Below are positions 13,094 to 23,800 of a stretch of DNA of 64,000 nt, piece after piece (within the stretch, counting starts at the first letter, position 1; every line of letters starts with the position of its first letter). Under the pieces are notes generated by a model. The model worked only from the letters and a program-made list of their open reading frames with translations. It was not told the DNA's origin and did not search any database. Origin of the DNA: Daphnia carinata (Eukaryota); contig NC_081334.1 in assembly GCF_022539665.2 (NCBI RefSeq), positions 310,001 to 374,000 of the forward strand, read 5' to 3'. The position numbers and the translations under genes were made by a program.

Positions 13094-13884
13094 TGCTGAG
13101 GCTACCGAAAGTTTTTTGGGTAAGTTATTATATTATACTTAGTTCATTTAAAATTTATAATTTAAAACATCAACCCATTTACATTTAGGTTTATTAAAAG
13201 ATAAATGGGCAATGTTAAGCGATTCGAAGACAGGCAAACGGCAAATTTGGCACTGCATAGCCACTGAACTAGAAAAAGCTGGATTTTCTATTCGTGGCAG
13301 TGACAAAATTCAAACGTGCGAGACCAAATGGGAAAATCTACGCAAAGAATATAGAGGCTACATTTCTAAAAATATTGATTTATGAAAATGTCAGATTCAC
13401 TTTCTTCACTGGATGATTGGATTTCATTGTAAATATATTGCGACAGAAGAAGACATAATGTTTTTATCTGCCATATTACCTAAATTTATATAAATGTTAT
13501 TATACATAGTCACTTCAATCAATAATAAAATACTTACAAATATTTAGGATGAAGTTTTTAGATAATAAGATGGTTGTATTAATTTTAACTTTGACAATTA
13601 TAAAATCGTACAATGTTACACAGAATGTAAACAAAAATAAGCAGACGAAAATGTAGCAGGCAGCCACCTGGCGGATGTCAATTGACATTAACTGTCATTT
13701 TACCGTAAACTAGTAGTTCAGCTGGGCAGTTCAACCTCAGGCCGTTTTAACGTCAACCACTCACAATAGTTGAACCAAAAAGGTTGAACTAACGGTTGAC
13801 GCTAAAATGCGCCCTGTATCCCCCCAGCCCCGTGTACACCCTCGGCTTTCGAAAAAAAAAAAAAAAAAAAAAAAAAAACGGACA

Positions 13885-14667
13885 TGTGATGACTCCGTTT
13901 AGCATTAACCCGCGTTAGCCACCAAGCGGCCAAGGTAAACGGTAATCCCAGATATAAGGGAGATGGGACACTTAATGGGAAAGCCGCCATGACAGATTTT
14001 GGCACTCCATCTAGCGGCTAATTCCCTCCCTTTCTCAATAGCAGACGAATTCCCTGCAAGCAAGCATTGTTACAGGCGGCTGATTTGAAATGGTCACGGA
14101 GAGTTAGACAATACGCCAGTTGATGACACACAAAAGAAAGTTTCATTACTAAAAGTAAATTGTAACAACTTGTAAACTGAGGCTGGGTATTTTGCAGGAT
14201 AAAATTTGATAATTACCTAACAAGTTCCCTGGAGACAATTCAATAGAAACTGGAATGGAAAGTATTTTTAGCCAAAAATTCCAGAAAATCGACCCCTTTT
14301 GATTCTTCGAGTTTTCAACGCCCTCCGAGTCACAGAACTTTTGTTGTGTGTTTTTATCTGGCGAAATGTCCGACTTTCCTTTCTCATATTCAAATTAGCC
14401 GCCTGTCACATTGGTTCCTTGCAGGGAATTCGACTGCTAATGATGAAGGGAGGGAATTAGCCGCTAGATGCTGCCCCAAAAAGTGTCATGGCGGCTTTAA
14501 CACGGTAGTGTCCCATCTCCTTATCTCTGGGTAATCATCGTAAGAGATCCCACCTCACACGGGAAATCAGTCTGGTATGATCTAATACAAGTATCACACA
14601 CCAATTCAACTCTCGCCTCTCTCTCTTATTTCACTACTATTCGGCGCAGCCTAAATAGGTTATCACA
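13885..14667 (+). repeat. 3' LTR of element 1, interrupted by MITE
   Basis: 13885-13946 plus 14536-14667 reconstitute the 5' LTR sequence. Confidence 0.95.
13947..14531. mobile_element. MITE with CCC termini and 4-bp TSD TAAT
   Basis: TIR CCCAGA(T/G)ATAAGG...GAGATGGGACAC, extended by imperfect ~120-bp inverted subterminal sequence. The intact 5' LTR shows the empty site. Confidence 0.9.
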
Positions 14668-15153
14668 CTCGTCCTTGAGTAAACGATTCATCTGAATTTG
14701 CATGTAGGATTCTAGAATCCTCATAGATGTCTCTCACATGGTGTCAACACCAAAATAAGTTAACTCATTGACGCATAGTGTCGCACTTTTAGTTCAATAA
14801 ATAAATCGTTGAAAAAGAAAGTTAAAAAAAAAAACCTTTGTAGCGATAAAACATCAAAGAGCATTTCAACTGCAAACAAATGCATTATTTACTACAAGAA
14901 GACCAGGAGCTATACACATTTTTTGAAGCACAATCGTCTTTAACGTAAGATGCACGTAAGAGCTTTGCAGACGACGTTGGCTTTCCGTGAACCGACAAAC
15001 TTGTTGTTGTAAGCTAACATAAGTTTGATTGTCAAAAGAGCCTGCAGATAATCCATTAATGGTCTTTATTAGTTATCTGTAACTTCTCACGAGGCTGATT
15101 GATTTTAAGGTTCATAGAACATGGTACCTATTCCTTTTGGCCATACCTATCAT

Positions 15154-15623
15154 CAGACTTGCCGCGCCGATCAATTTTCCGATCGCGATCTCCGATCCGA
15201 TCTTTTGAGTTTGATCGGATCGCCCGATCTGATCAAACTGCGAAAGATCGGATCGGCGATCAAACTTTGCCGATTATTTTTAGCGATCATTTTTGTGCAG
15301 CATCTAACGGTAAAAATTTACACTGTTTCGCGAAAATAGCATTGGCTGTCACAGCGACAGTCACTGGCGGCCATTGAGGGTGAACACTAAACAGTTTCCT
15401 TCAATTGGCATTCGCATAAATAGCAGTGAAATAGAACCCTGCGGCTGAAAATCTACAACTAGATGGCGAAAAGTTTGATCGCTAAAAACGATCGGATCGC
15501 GATCAATTTTTTGGGATCGCCGATCCGATCTCCGATCTTTTTCAAAAGATCGGATCGGCGATCAATTTTTTGATCGGAGATCGGATCGGCGATCAATTTT
15601 TGATCGCGATCGCGGCAAGTCTG
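15154..15623. mobile_element. hAT-derived MITE
   Basis: Same TIR (CAGACTTGCCG) as the hAT at 9580; 8-bp TSD CCTATCAT; dense GATCG repeats. Confidence 0.95.
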
Positions 15624-15718
15624 CCTATCATAATGATCATGGCCTTTGTTAAGGGTCTCGAGAAAGCACGGAGAAAAGAAACGATCCAGCACGTTGAAGT
15701 GACACCCTTTGAACTTAG

Positions 15719-16443
15719 TGTAAAGCATCTTCCCGTGTGGGAAGATGGACTTTACCGAAATTAAGACAATAAATGTAAATCGAACTCGAGGCGTTTTACC
15801 CACAATGACGTCTGTGTTTATTATAAGCTAGGACATAAGAAATAAAAAGACAAGAGAACAAAAGACGAGAAGAAACATTCAGAAAACAAGTTAAAAGAGG
15901 GAACAATTAAACAGGGTCTTACCGTGAACTCACGAGTGAAAGAATGGAAGATAAAATGACACAAGACGAGCTTGGAATTCAGCTTCCACACAGACAGAGT
16001 TTGGAACGCAAGAATTGGCACAGAACGTCTGAGAAGACTCAAGACGAGAACGAGTTTTCTACTCAAAGGTTTGGTTACTGAAACATTAATTAAGGCACAA
16101 TACTACTCAAATAAGCAAGAAAAAATGACTTAGGGCAACTACTCGGCACGGCTGCAACAACTTGTCTGATCTTCCTCAGATGCTGGGTTAACCACGGAAC
16201 TTTGCATATTGCAAAGTGGCGTGATTGGGAGGAGCTTGTAGGCTTCACGCGGTTAACCAATCAAAAGGACGCGTTCAATATGGTGTGATATTGGTGACGT
16301 ATCGTCTGCGTGAATCAGCTTGCAGGTGTTCATCTAGGTCAGCTGCACTGCGTATAGTGTTGCAATTGTCGTGCCCAGACTTGTATTTACTACTGAAGCA
16401 AAAGCGAGAAAAGTTAAAGTAAGATATATTCGGCTTCGTTACA
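15719..16443 (-). repeat. 3' LTR of element 2
   Basis: TGT...ACA, direct repeat of 27727-28451. Confidence 0.97.
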
Positions 16444-16476
16444 TCACTCCCGGCGGCGTGAGATTACGTCCCGTAA

Positions 16477-17523
16477 TCAGAGTTGATGCATCGGAATCGA
16501 TTCGGGAGCCGCAGGTCTTGGATCATCGGAAGGGCGACAGCAGACAGCCCAGATGAGGGTAAAAAGACCGCAGGCATAGCAAATGCGCAAGAAGATAAGC
16601 ACCAAAAGACATAAAATGCCGATGAAGAAATAATTCGTGATGGTGTCCCACCAAGATGTATAAGTTCCGACACTGGCTGATGTCATTAAGACGGTCGACG
16701 CACTGTATTTGTGGTGTAAGGCAAATTCAGGTGCAGGATGTTCATTAATCGCGGCGGCTATATCGGCCATAATGTTCATATGATTTAGCATATTGTCAGT
16801 ATATGCCGGGTTGCTTCGATGGTCGTAGTCGAGAAACTCGACATTTTCATACCGAAAAGAATGTGCAAGTGTTTGTTCCGGTAACACAATGTTTGCTTCG
16901 ATTGGTTTCCATGTGTCGTTACGGAAGGCGTAAGGTTTGTCGTTAAAATTAACGAAACCGTTAGTCCAATAACAAGGGGAATATTTAACAAGTTCCCATC
17001 CGTCGAGATTAATGGTGTAATTTTGAAATTTCGGCTGCGGTCCGCAAGATGTCAGTATAGTCTCAAATGTAACATTTAAAGTTTTACATTGAATTAATAC
17101 AACTGTTTTTCCAAAGGCCTGTAATTTCGTGCATTGTGGTAAATTTAACTGCGAAGCTGCTAACCATCCGTTATATTGAGCCGTTGTAACGGCCCTTTCG
17201 TGTTTGGCCTTGCGAGCTTCACATTGCATTAGTCGAATTTGTCTTGCTAATTCATTTTCATGATCAGTAAGTTGGTCTCGAATATATTGTATATTCGCGG
17301 GTACGTTTAAATTTTCATCGGTAGATGGCGCCGGAGTCTCCAAAGTGGTTGGTAAATTTTCCATGATGGCCGCCGCCGAAACGGTGAGTTTCGATTGGCC
17401 GATGATCTCGAACGACGAAGTTCTATTCTGAATTCTAAGTATTTTTATGCGGTGACTGGTGTCATTGGGAAGAAGAAAGAATAATCTCAATGATGCAAAA
17501 GAAAAATTCGGGAAACAATGCAT
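16477..17523 (-). CDS. env: env-like glycoprotein (putative class III gB/chuvirus-like, C-terminal half)
   Basis: Lies just upstream of the PPT. Heptad helix ending QCE, Cys-rich beta region, several N-x-S/T sites and a C-terminal TM (YFFIGILCLLVLIFL). No clear signal peptide, so the true start is uncertain. Confidence 0.75.
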   Translation of the reverse strand: MHCFPNFSFASLRLFFLLPNDTSHRIKILRIQNRTSSFEIIGQSKLTVSAAAIMENLPTTLETPAPSTDENLNVPANIQYIRDQLTDHENELARQIRLMQCEARKAKHERAVTTAQYNGWLAASQLNLPQCTKLQAFGKTVVLIQCKTLNVTFETILTSCGPQPKFQNYTINLDGWELVKYSPCYWTNGFVNFNDKPYAFRNDTWKPIEANIVLPEQTLAHSFRYENVEFLDYDHRSNPAYTDNMLNHMNIMADIAAAINEHPAPEFALHHKYSASTVLMTSASVGTYTSWWDTITNYFFIGILCLLVLIFLRICYACGLFTLIWAVCCRPSDDPRPAAPESIPMHQL

Positions 17524-17728
17524 CGATTAGACAGGAGAAGAAGAAAATGCATGATATAATTGTAACGACGGGGAAAAACACAGGTCAATTTTCATTAGAG
17601 TGACACAAAGGCGCATACGGATAGGGTACAAGGCAAGTGAAACACGAGCAAGGGAAGAGAAAAAAAGGGCGCGCTTGGTGGGCTTGGAGGGTGCATTTTT
17701 CCTAAGCTCAACGTAAGGCGTAACACAG

Positions 17729-17800
17729 ATGCTAATAGCTCAAAAGGTAGAGCGCTCGGCTGTGATGCTGTGGGTCTGAGGTTCGAATCCTCAGTAGGAC
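17729..17800 (+). other. tRNA-like Pol III module (His/GTG-like), antisense to element 2
   Basis: Well-formed D arm TAGCTCAAAAGGTAGAGC and T arm TGAGG-TTCGAAT-CCTCA; acceptor and anticodon stems degenerate. Confidence 0.7.
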
Positions 17801-18442
17801 TAGATAACTCATCCATTAATGAGGGTTCTAACCTACGAAAAAGGTTATACTTCATTCTTTATGGTAAATAAAACGACGCGAAAGCTAACTTTTATTTTCT
17901 AAGTCCAACGCATGAGAAATGGTATGGGGAAAGAAGTAAAAGGGCGCTAAAGGGAATGAAACATATGGGGAAGAAAGAGAAGCGGCTCGTGCGAGACAAG
18001 GGAAATTTGTCCCAGACACACGGAGTTGGGGAAAAATAGGCGGAAGATAAAATTTTGGGAGCTTATGTCTATTGTTTTGTTTAGAAGGACCAAAGGGGCA
18101 GGGAAGAACTGCATGAAATGAGAGAGACGAGAAGTTAAAAGAAGAAAAGGAGAAGAAGAAAAAGAAAATTTAGGGGGGAGTTTCAGAGAATTCTAATTTG
18201 TATAGTAAAGTCGAACGCATGAGAATATCTTTCCCATGCGCCGCTATAGGGAGGGCCCTCTTTTTTTTTTTTTTTTTTCTTTTACTTGTTGTCTTTTGGA
18301 TGGAAATCTTATGGATCGTGACATATTTATTTAAAATCAAGTGGGGCGAGTATTGTTGGTAGCTGGGTGTATTTTTTTTGTTAGGAAACATATGACAGCA
18401 TACAGATACATTCGGGATTGGGGTTACAAGGGAAGACAAAAT

Positions 18443-18805
18443 TCAATTTTCTTCCGGCGGCGGAATGGGACGGCGGTTTTCCGGGTCCAGATCCAGGATT
18501 GAAGCAAATACTTCGGTTGCCTGGCTCCATTCTTCACGTTCGAGGAGTTGAACGAGTTCCTCCGTGCGAGCTCTCGTCAGCCTGGCGATTCTCCACCGAT
18601 TTTGGAGATGGTGCTGGAAGTTTCTCAGCCCTGATCCGGATGGGCGCCGGTGGTCTAGGGCTTCCCGCATGGCCCGGTCCTTCTCTTCCACTGTTGAAGA
18701 GGTGCTAGTAGCTTCCGCCACTATGAAGGATCGTTCAGCGGTAAGACCGTGACAGATTCGTTTCCAAGGAGGCATCCCCGTTTGACGGGAGTGATTTTCG
18801 GCCAT
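18443..18805 (-). CDS. Accessory ORF A of element 2 (120 aa, unknown function)
   Basis: ATG start; TATA-like CATATAAG ~100 nt upstream; AATAAA downstream; shares the E-W-x2-A-x6-ILDLDP-x2-R motif with ORF B. Confidence 0.7.
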   Translation of the reverse strand: MAENHSRQTGMPPWKRICHGLTAERSFIVAEATSTSSTVEEKDRAMREALDHRRPSGSGLRNFQHHLQNRWRIARLTRARTEELVQLLEREEWSQATEVFASILDLDPENRRPIPPPEEN

Positions 18806-19139
18806 CGTGTAGAATAGCAGTGGTTCTCTTGGTAGCTTTGGTAGTGCTGTTGATCTCCAGTGATGAATTGAGAGTGGAGGCTCAGCGTTCGAACCGCGTT
18901 GACTTATATGGTCAAACCTTCCACTTGTAGGTTACCACTTCTTCACATCTATGTTTTTTTTGTTTTTTTTTTTTTTTTTTTCAAAAGTTCGAGTTCAACA
19001 CTAAGTCCCTCGAGGTGGCCCTCGATTGTTTTAGCAGGTGTCAGTTTTCGCTGCCGTTGTCATGAGGGGAATTATTTATTGCTGTGTAGGGTCGAGTAGC
19101 ATTCTTCCAAGGGCGCACATGGTTCGTTTTTCTTTCATT

Positions 19140-19180
<41 letters not shown>

Positions 19181-19326
19181 ATTCACTACTGTTTATTAAA
19201 TGGTTATAGAGAAAGAAGGAAAAGTGAAAGAAGAAATGACGAAGTATAGTGCTTCTACACGTGAATAGGGTTGATTAGGCGTAAATTGGGTATATCAACT
19301 TGAGAGGGATTCGGGGTATAGGCGTT

Positions 19327-19396
19327 GGCTACGTGGCATAACGTTAGAGCTTCTGACTTCGACTCGGGAGTCTTAAGTTCGAATCACGCCGTGACC
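19327..19396 (+). other. tRNA-like module (Arg/TCG-like)
   Basis: Acceptor GGCTACG/CGTGACC; anticodon arm TCTGA-CTTCGAC-TCGGG; B box GTTCGAATC; T stem unpaired. Confidence 0.65.
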
Positions 19397-19799
19397 TTGA
19401 CTAAGAATTTAACTGGTAGATTCCTCTTGAGTTGCTGAGGGTAGCTAATTCTTAATTGTTATTCTGTGGGTTGATTAACAATAAATGTTAAAAATTCTAA
19501 TTATCCTGTTTCAAATTTTCGAATGTTGCTGAGTATTGAAATTTATATTTATACAACTATATGGATAGTTGTTATAGCCCTAGAATATGGTTCAGAATTC
19601 GAAGGTTCAAACCGCGCTATGATCATAGCTCGAAAAATTTTGTAAGTACCTCACGAGTTGCGAAGCTGATGAATTTATAACTAGTTTGCTATGATTGAAA
19701 AATTTTTTATTAGATATTTGAAGGTTCTGGTTTGGGCTGAGATTGTTTTGATATATAAGATGGGGTGTACATATATCTCTAGACGCCATAGCGACACAG

Positions 19800-19946
19800 C
19801 CCTCGACCACCACTCGGGAGTCTCAGGTTCGAGTCTCGGCTCAGCCTTCATTGCAAACCTTAAAATGAACTATTTTCTTTTTTTTCTAAAATTAGAGTTG
19901 TGAAAACTTGAGGGTCTTTGGTTCAATCCTTGCCTCGGCTGTTTTT
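19800..19946 (+). other. Two further tRNA 3'-half-like modules with B boxes
   Basis: CTCGACCACCACTCGGGAGTCTCAGGTTCGAGTC, and GAGGGTCTTTGGTTCAATCC...CGGC followed by a T6 run. Confidence 0.45.
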
Positions 19947-20270
19947 TGAAATACCCCTAAATCGATATGTTAGCTTTTATTTTTTTTATTTTCCTACATT
20001 TCCTTTTTCCTTTTTCATTCGCCTGTTCTAGATCGTCGGTTTATTTAAAAGTTTGTTTTAAATAGTAATATAATAAAAGATCTATGCATCCTACTGTGTT
20101 TATTCGATTTACTTTTGTAGAGAATATAATGTGAAGGGGGAAACAAAATTGTTGGATAGAGTCCTAGCCTATGGGGAATAAACACATGTTTCTACTGGGG
20201 TAGGGGTAAATAAGGGGAAAGAGAAAAATGTCTTGTTCGTGGTCTTGATCCTTTTTTGTTTTCCGTTTTC

Positions 20271-20705
20271 TTATTGTGGGATGGTGATAGGGTCGCGCCT
20301 CGGTCTTTTACGACCAGTGTCCCACTGCTCAGGCAAAAAGCTGTAAAGAGGGGGGTAGCGCTTTGTTGGATCCAAATCCAGAATTTTTTTCAGGGTGTTG
20401 ACTGCTCCCTCCCAATCTTCGGTGTAAAGATTGGTATTTAGTTGACGGATGAACGCAGCCGTGCGTTCCTCGATATGGCGCTCGTAGCGGTCACGTTCCA
20501 TGTCCCATTTTTCCATGTCGTCGAGCTCCGGGGACTGAGGCGTTTGGCTGACGATGTTGCTAGATTTGTCCGGAACGGGCGTCCAATCGGCGTAGACGGG
20601 GATGGCAGCCATTGGTGCCATCACTTTCTCTGCTTGCTCGTCGGCACTTAGCCACTCGCAAGCTGCCTGGGATTGCTGGTTAGCAGAGTTAGCGCACGGG
20701 TCCAT
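20271..20705 (-). CDS. Accessory ORF B of element 2 (144 aa from first ATG, unknown function)
   Basis: AAAAATG context; TATA-like GTATTTAA ~100 nt upstream; EDWEGAVNTLKKILDLDPTKR is paralogous to ORF A. Confidence 0.7.
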   Translation of the reverse strand: MDPCANSANQQSQAACEWLSADEQAEKVMAPMAAIPVYADWTPVPDKSSNIVSQTPQSPELDDMEKWDMERDRYERHIEERTAAFIRQLNTNLYTEDWEGAVNTLKKILDLDPTKRYPPLYSFLPEQWDTGRKRPRRDPITIPQ

Positions 20706-20862
20706 TTTTCGGGATTTTTTAAAATTGTGGAGCACAATTGAGGAGAACTTTACTCAACAAGTGTCGAAAACGTTGTGAAGTCCCTTTGAAATGTCTCGCT
20801 GTTAAATACACGACGGTTGTTATGTGATCGTTTTGATTTTGTTTCGACGAAAATGTACTCTT

Positions 20863-23800
20863 CTAATTCCTATAACGCATTGGTAGTTTTCGATTTCTTT
20901 GCGGGCGTCCGGTAGCATGTTGGGGTGGCAGTATTTCTTGCTGACTGATGGCAGGCGCCACCTGTCGGGCGTCAGATTCAAGATTAATCACCGCAGCTGC
21001 GTTGTTTCCGTGAATTGTTGTGGTGTTCTTTGTTTTATTGGACGCACCAACATGAGTTGACTCATTATCGTCTGAAGTATATATTCCTTGGGTTTCGCTG
21101 ACGATATGAGAATGTTTATTGTTTTGGGTGGCGGCCATTTGCAATTCCGCTGCCTCCAATTCCACAGTTTCCAATTCCACACTTTCCGCATCCATACTTT
21201 CAACATTTCTTTCCGTACCCACATTTACTGTTTCCAAAGGTTCCAATTCCATATTTTCCCATTCACTCGCGTTTCGCTCTATGTTTTCCATAGTTTCGAT
21301 TGTTTGGGTGGAAATCGATTTACGAAATCGATTCTCGAACTTCGAAGGCGTCTCGATAGGGGGACAATGTTCGTCTTTCCATAACATTGTTTCGTACAGG
21401 GGTTTTAGGCGGTTAACATGAGTGCGTTGACAAATGTATGAATTATCAGCAATATCTACTGTATTATTGGAATATACTTTTACAATTCTATAAGGACCTT
21501 TATATTTAGAGGTAAATTTCCTACTATCGCCCTCTTTGACTACTCTAATATCTAATAATACCCTATCTCCTACCACATATTGTTTTACATTTGCTCTTTT
21601 ATTATATTGTTCCTTCTGACGTTTTCTTGCTTTTTCGCTCTCCTCACGGACGCGTTGGAAACTATAACGTAAGCGATCAGCTAAATTACCTACGTAATCT
21701 GATGCGGAGATAAATGTTTTTGGGGAAGCGTCAAGGAATTCATTAATAGGTATATTAGGATCTCTACCGTGCAGTAAATAATATGGGGTTTCACATGTCG
21801 AAGAATGGACAGAACTACGGTAAGCAAATAAAACATCATCCAGCATATCTTCCCAATTCTCATGTTCTCCATCTTTTAATTCCTTTCTCAACATTGTGGT
21901 CAATGTTCGATTAAATCTCTCAGTTTCGCCATTGCTAGCTGGATTGTAAGCAGTTGTTAACTTTTGATCAATTTTTAATTTCTTACAGAAGTAACGGAAT
22001 AATTTGGACGTGAAATTAGTTCCACGATCGGAAAGGATGGCTTTAGGCATACCATGTCTAACTATAATTGTTTTATATACACAATCTGCTGTCGTCTGCG
22101 CTGTTTGATCTTTTAACGCAATAGCCTCTACCCACCGGCTAAAATAATCGGTAATAACTAAAATATAATTATTTCCATTAGGTGAAGCCGGCGTAATAGG
22201 ACCCAAAAAATCCATTCCAATGACCTGGAAAGGGGCCTTTGCTATTTCATGAGGATGCAACAATGCTTTATATGAAGAAGAAGTGTTGGCAATGCACACC
22301 TCACAAGCTTGACAGTATTCTTTAATTTCCTTTCTCATATTCGGCCAATAATAATGATTCTTTATTTTCAAATAGGTTTTATAAAAAGCTAAATGCCCAC
22401 CCATCGGTGCGTCATGTAGTTCTTTGAGCACTAGATGGCGTAACGATGCAGGCAAGACTAACTGATGGTTAGTTTCGTTTCTTTTGCTATCGGTAGATGG
22501 CAGCACGTGCCGGTAAAGTGTTCCATCAATAACTTCAAAATACTCAATTTCTTTCACCCAATCTGGTTTAGATTGAAGAAAAGCTTGATCAAGTTCTCCG
22601 TTATCCAAATAATTACGAATGGCTATGCAAAGCTCATCGTCCAACTGTTTTTCACAAATTAAGGTAATATTGCTCACTGTTTGGATACTAGCTATTTTTA
22701 AGCGGGACAGGCAATCTGCGTTTTGGTGAACACGTCCTGGCCTATATTTCAATTCATAATTCGTTGCGGCCAATAGTATAGCCCATCTCCCTAATCTACC
22801 ATTATTATCTTTCTGTTCTTTAAGCCATTGCAAGGGACGGTGGTCACTAATAATTTCAAAGGGTTTATCTAATAGGTAATGCCTAAAATGCTTAATGGCA
22901 TCTACGACTGCTAAGGCTTCCTTTTCTGTCGTACTATAATTCGATTCTGCTTTTGTCAACTGTCTACTGGAATAGGCTATGGGATGTTCCTGGCCATTTT
23001 GAATTTGGGATAGCACTGCTCCAATACCGTAGTCGCAGGCATCGGTGAAAAGAATAAATTTTTCATTGAAATTGGGGTAAGCAAGAACTGGTGGCGTTAC
23101 TAGAGAATTGCGCAATTTCTCGAAAGCAACTTGTTCCTCAGGTCCCCAATAAAAAGGCTTTCTGCTAAGATCTTTATGCGTTAATCGAGTTAACGGTTTG
23201 GCAATTGATCCAAAATCTTTAATAAATCTTCTGTAATATCCAGCTAATCCGAGAAACGATCTGATTTCGTCGACTGAAGTCGGTGTTTTATAATTGACTA
23301 TTTTGTCAATTTTGCTCGGATCCGGTTTAATACCATCGGTCGATATTACGTGACCTAGATAATTTACTGAGCGTTTAATAAACTGGCATTTCTTGAGTTT
23401 CAATTTCAGATTAGCATCTCGTAATAATTCAAAAATTTCTCGAATATCACGTAAATGATCGTCGAAAGTGTCTGAAAAGATGATAACGTCATCCAAATAA
23501 ACTAATGTTTTACGCCCCAAGACGTCTCTCAGTACGTAGTTCATTAGCCGTTGGAATGTGGCCGGTGCATTGCACAAACCAAATGCCATACGTTTAAATT
23601 CGTAGAGGTTGTTTTCTACCACAAACGCTGTTTTTTCAATAGCTGGATCGTCAATTTGAATTTGCCAATAGCCTGAAGCTAAATCAAGAGTTGTGAAAAA
23701 TTTCTTCCCATATAATTTGTCTAATGTTTCGTCTATTCTAGGCATAGGGAATGAATCTTTTTTCGTAATGCTATTCAATTTTCTATAATCAACACAAAAT

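Larger units (their letters stand above)
9474..13385 (+). pseudogene. Harbinger Myb/SANT-like (trihelix) DNA-binding protein split by hAT insertion
   Basis: After removing the hAT and a short intron: ...LLKDKWAMLSDSKTGKRQIWHCIATELEKAGFSIRGSDKIQTCETKWENLRKEY. Confidence 0.7.
9154..13814. mobile_element. PIF/Harbinger non-autonomous element
   Basis: TIR GGGCGCATTTT(G/A)GCGTC; 3-bp TSD TGT (9151-9153, 13815-13817); subterminal GTTGAAC repeats; carries a Myb/SANT gene. Confidence 0.85.
5202..14667 (+). mobile_element. Ty3/Gypsy LTR retrotransposon (element 1, Mag/K02A2.6-like), decayed, with nested insertions
   Basis: LTRs TGT...ACA at 5202-5395 and 13885-14667. 5-bp TSD CTCGT (5197-5201, 14668-14672). 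PBS TGGCGCAG at 5396. A-rich tract before the 3' LTR. Confidence 0.95.

Noticed and set aside
13852..13878. Poly(A) tract as a LINE/SINE tail
   Set aside because: It sits at the polypurine-tract position next to the 3' LTR; no TSD or retroposon body.
15154..15623. Dense GATCG repeats resembling an array
   Set aside because: They are subterminal transposase-binding repeats of a hAT MITE; there is no repeat-spacer periodicity, so not CRISPR.
15821..16422. Identical small ORFs recurring at 27829-28430
   Set aside because: They recur only because they lie in the LTRs; non-ATG starts and no coding signal.
17729..19396. Functional tRNA-His and tRNA-Arg genes
   Set aside because: Acceptor/anticodon or T stems are broken; reported only as tRNA-like modules.
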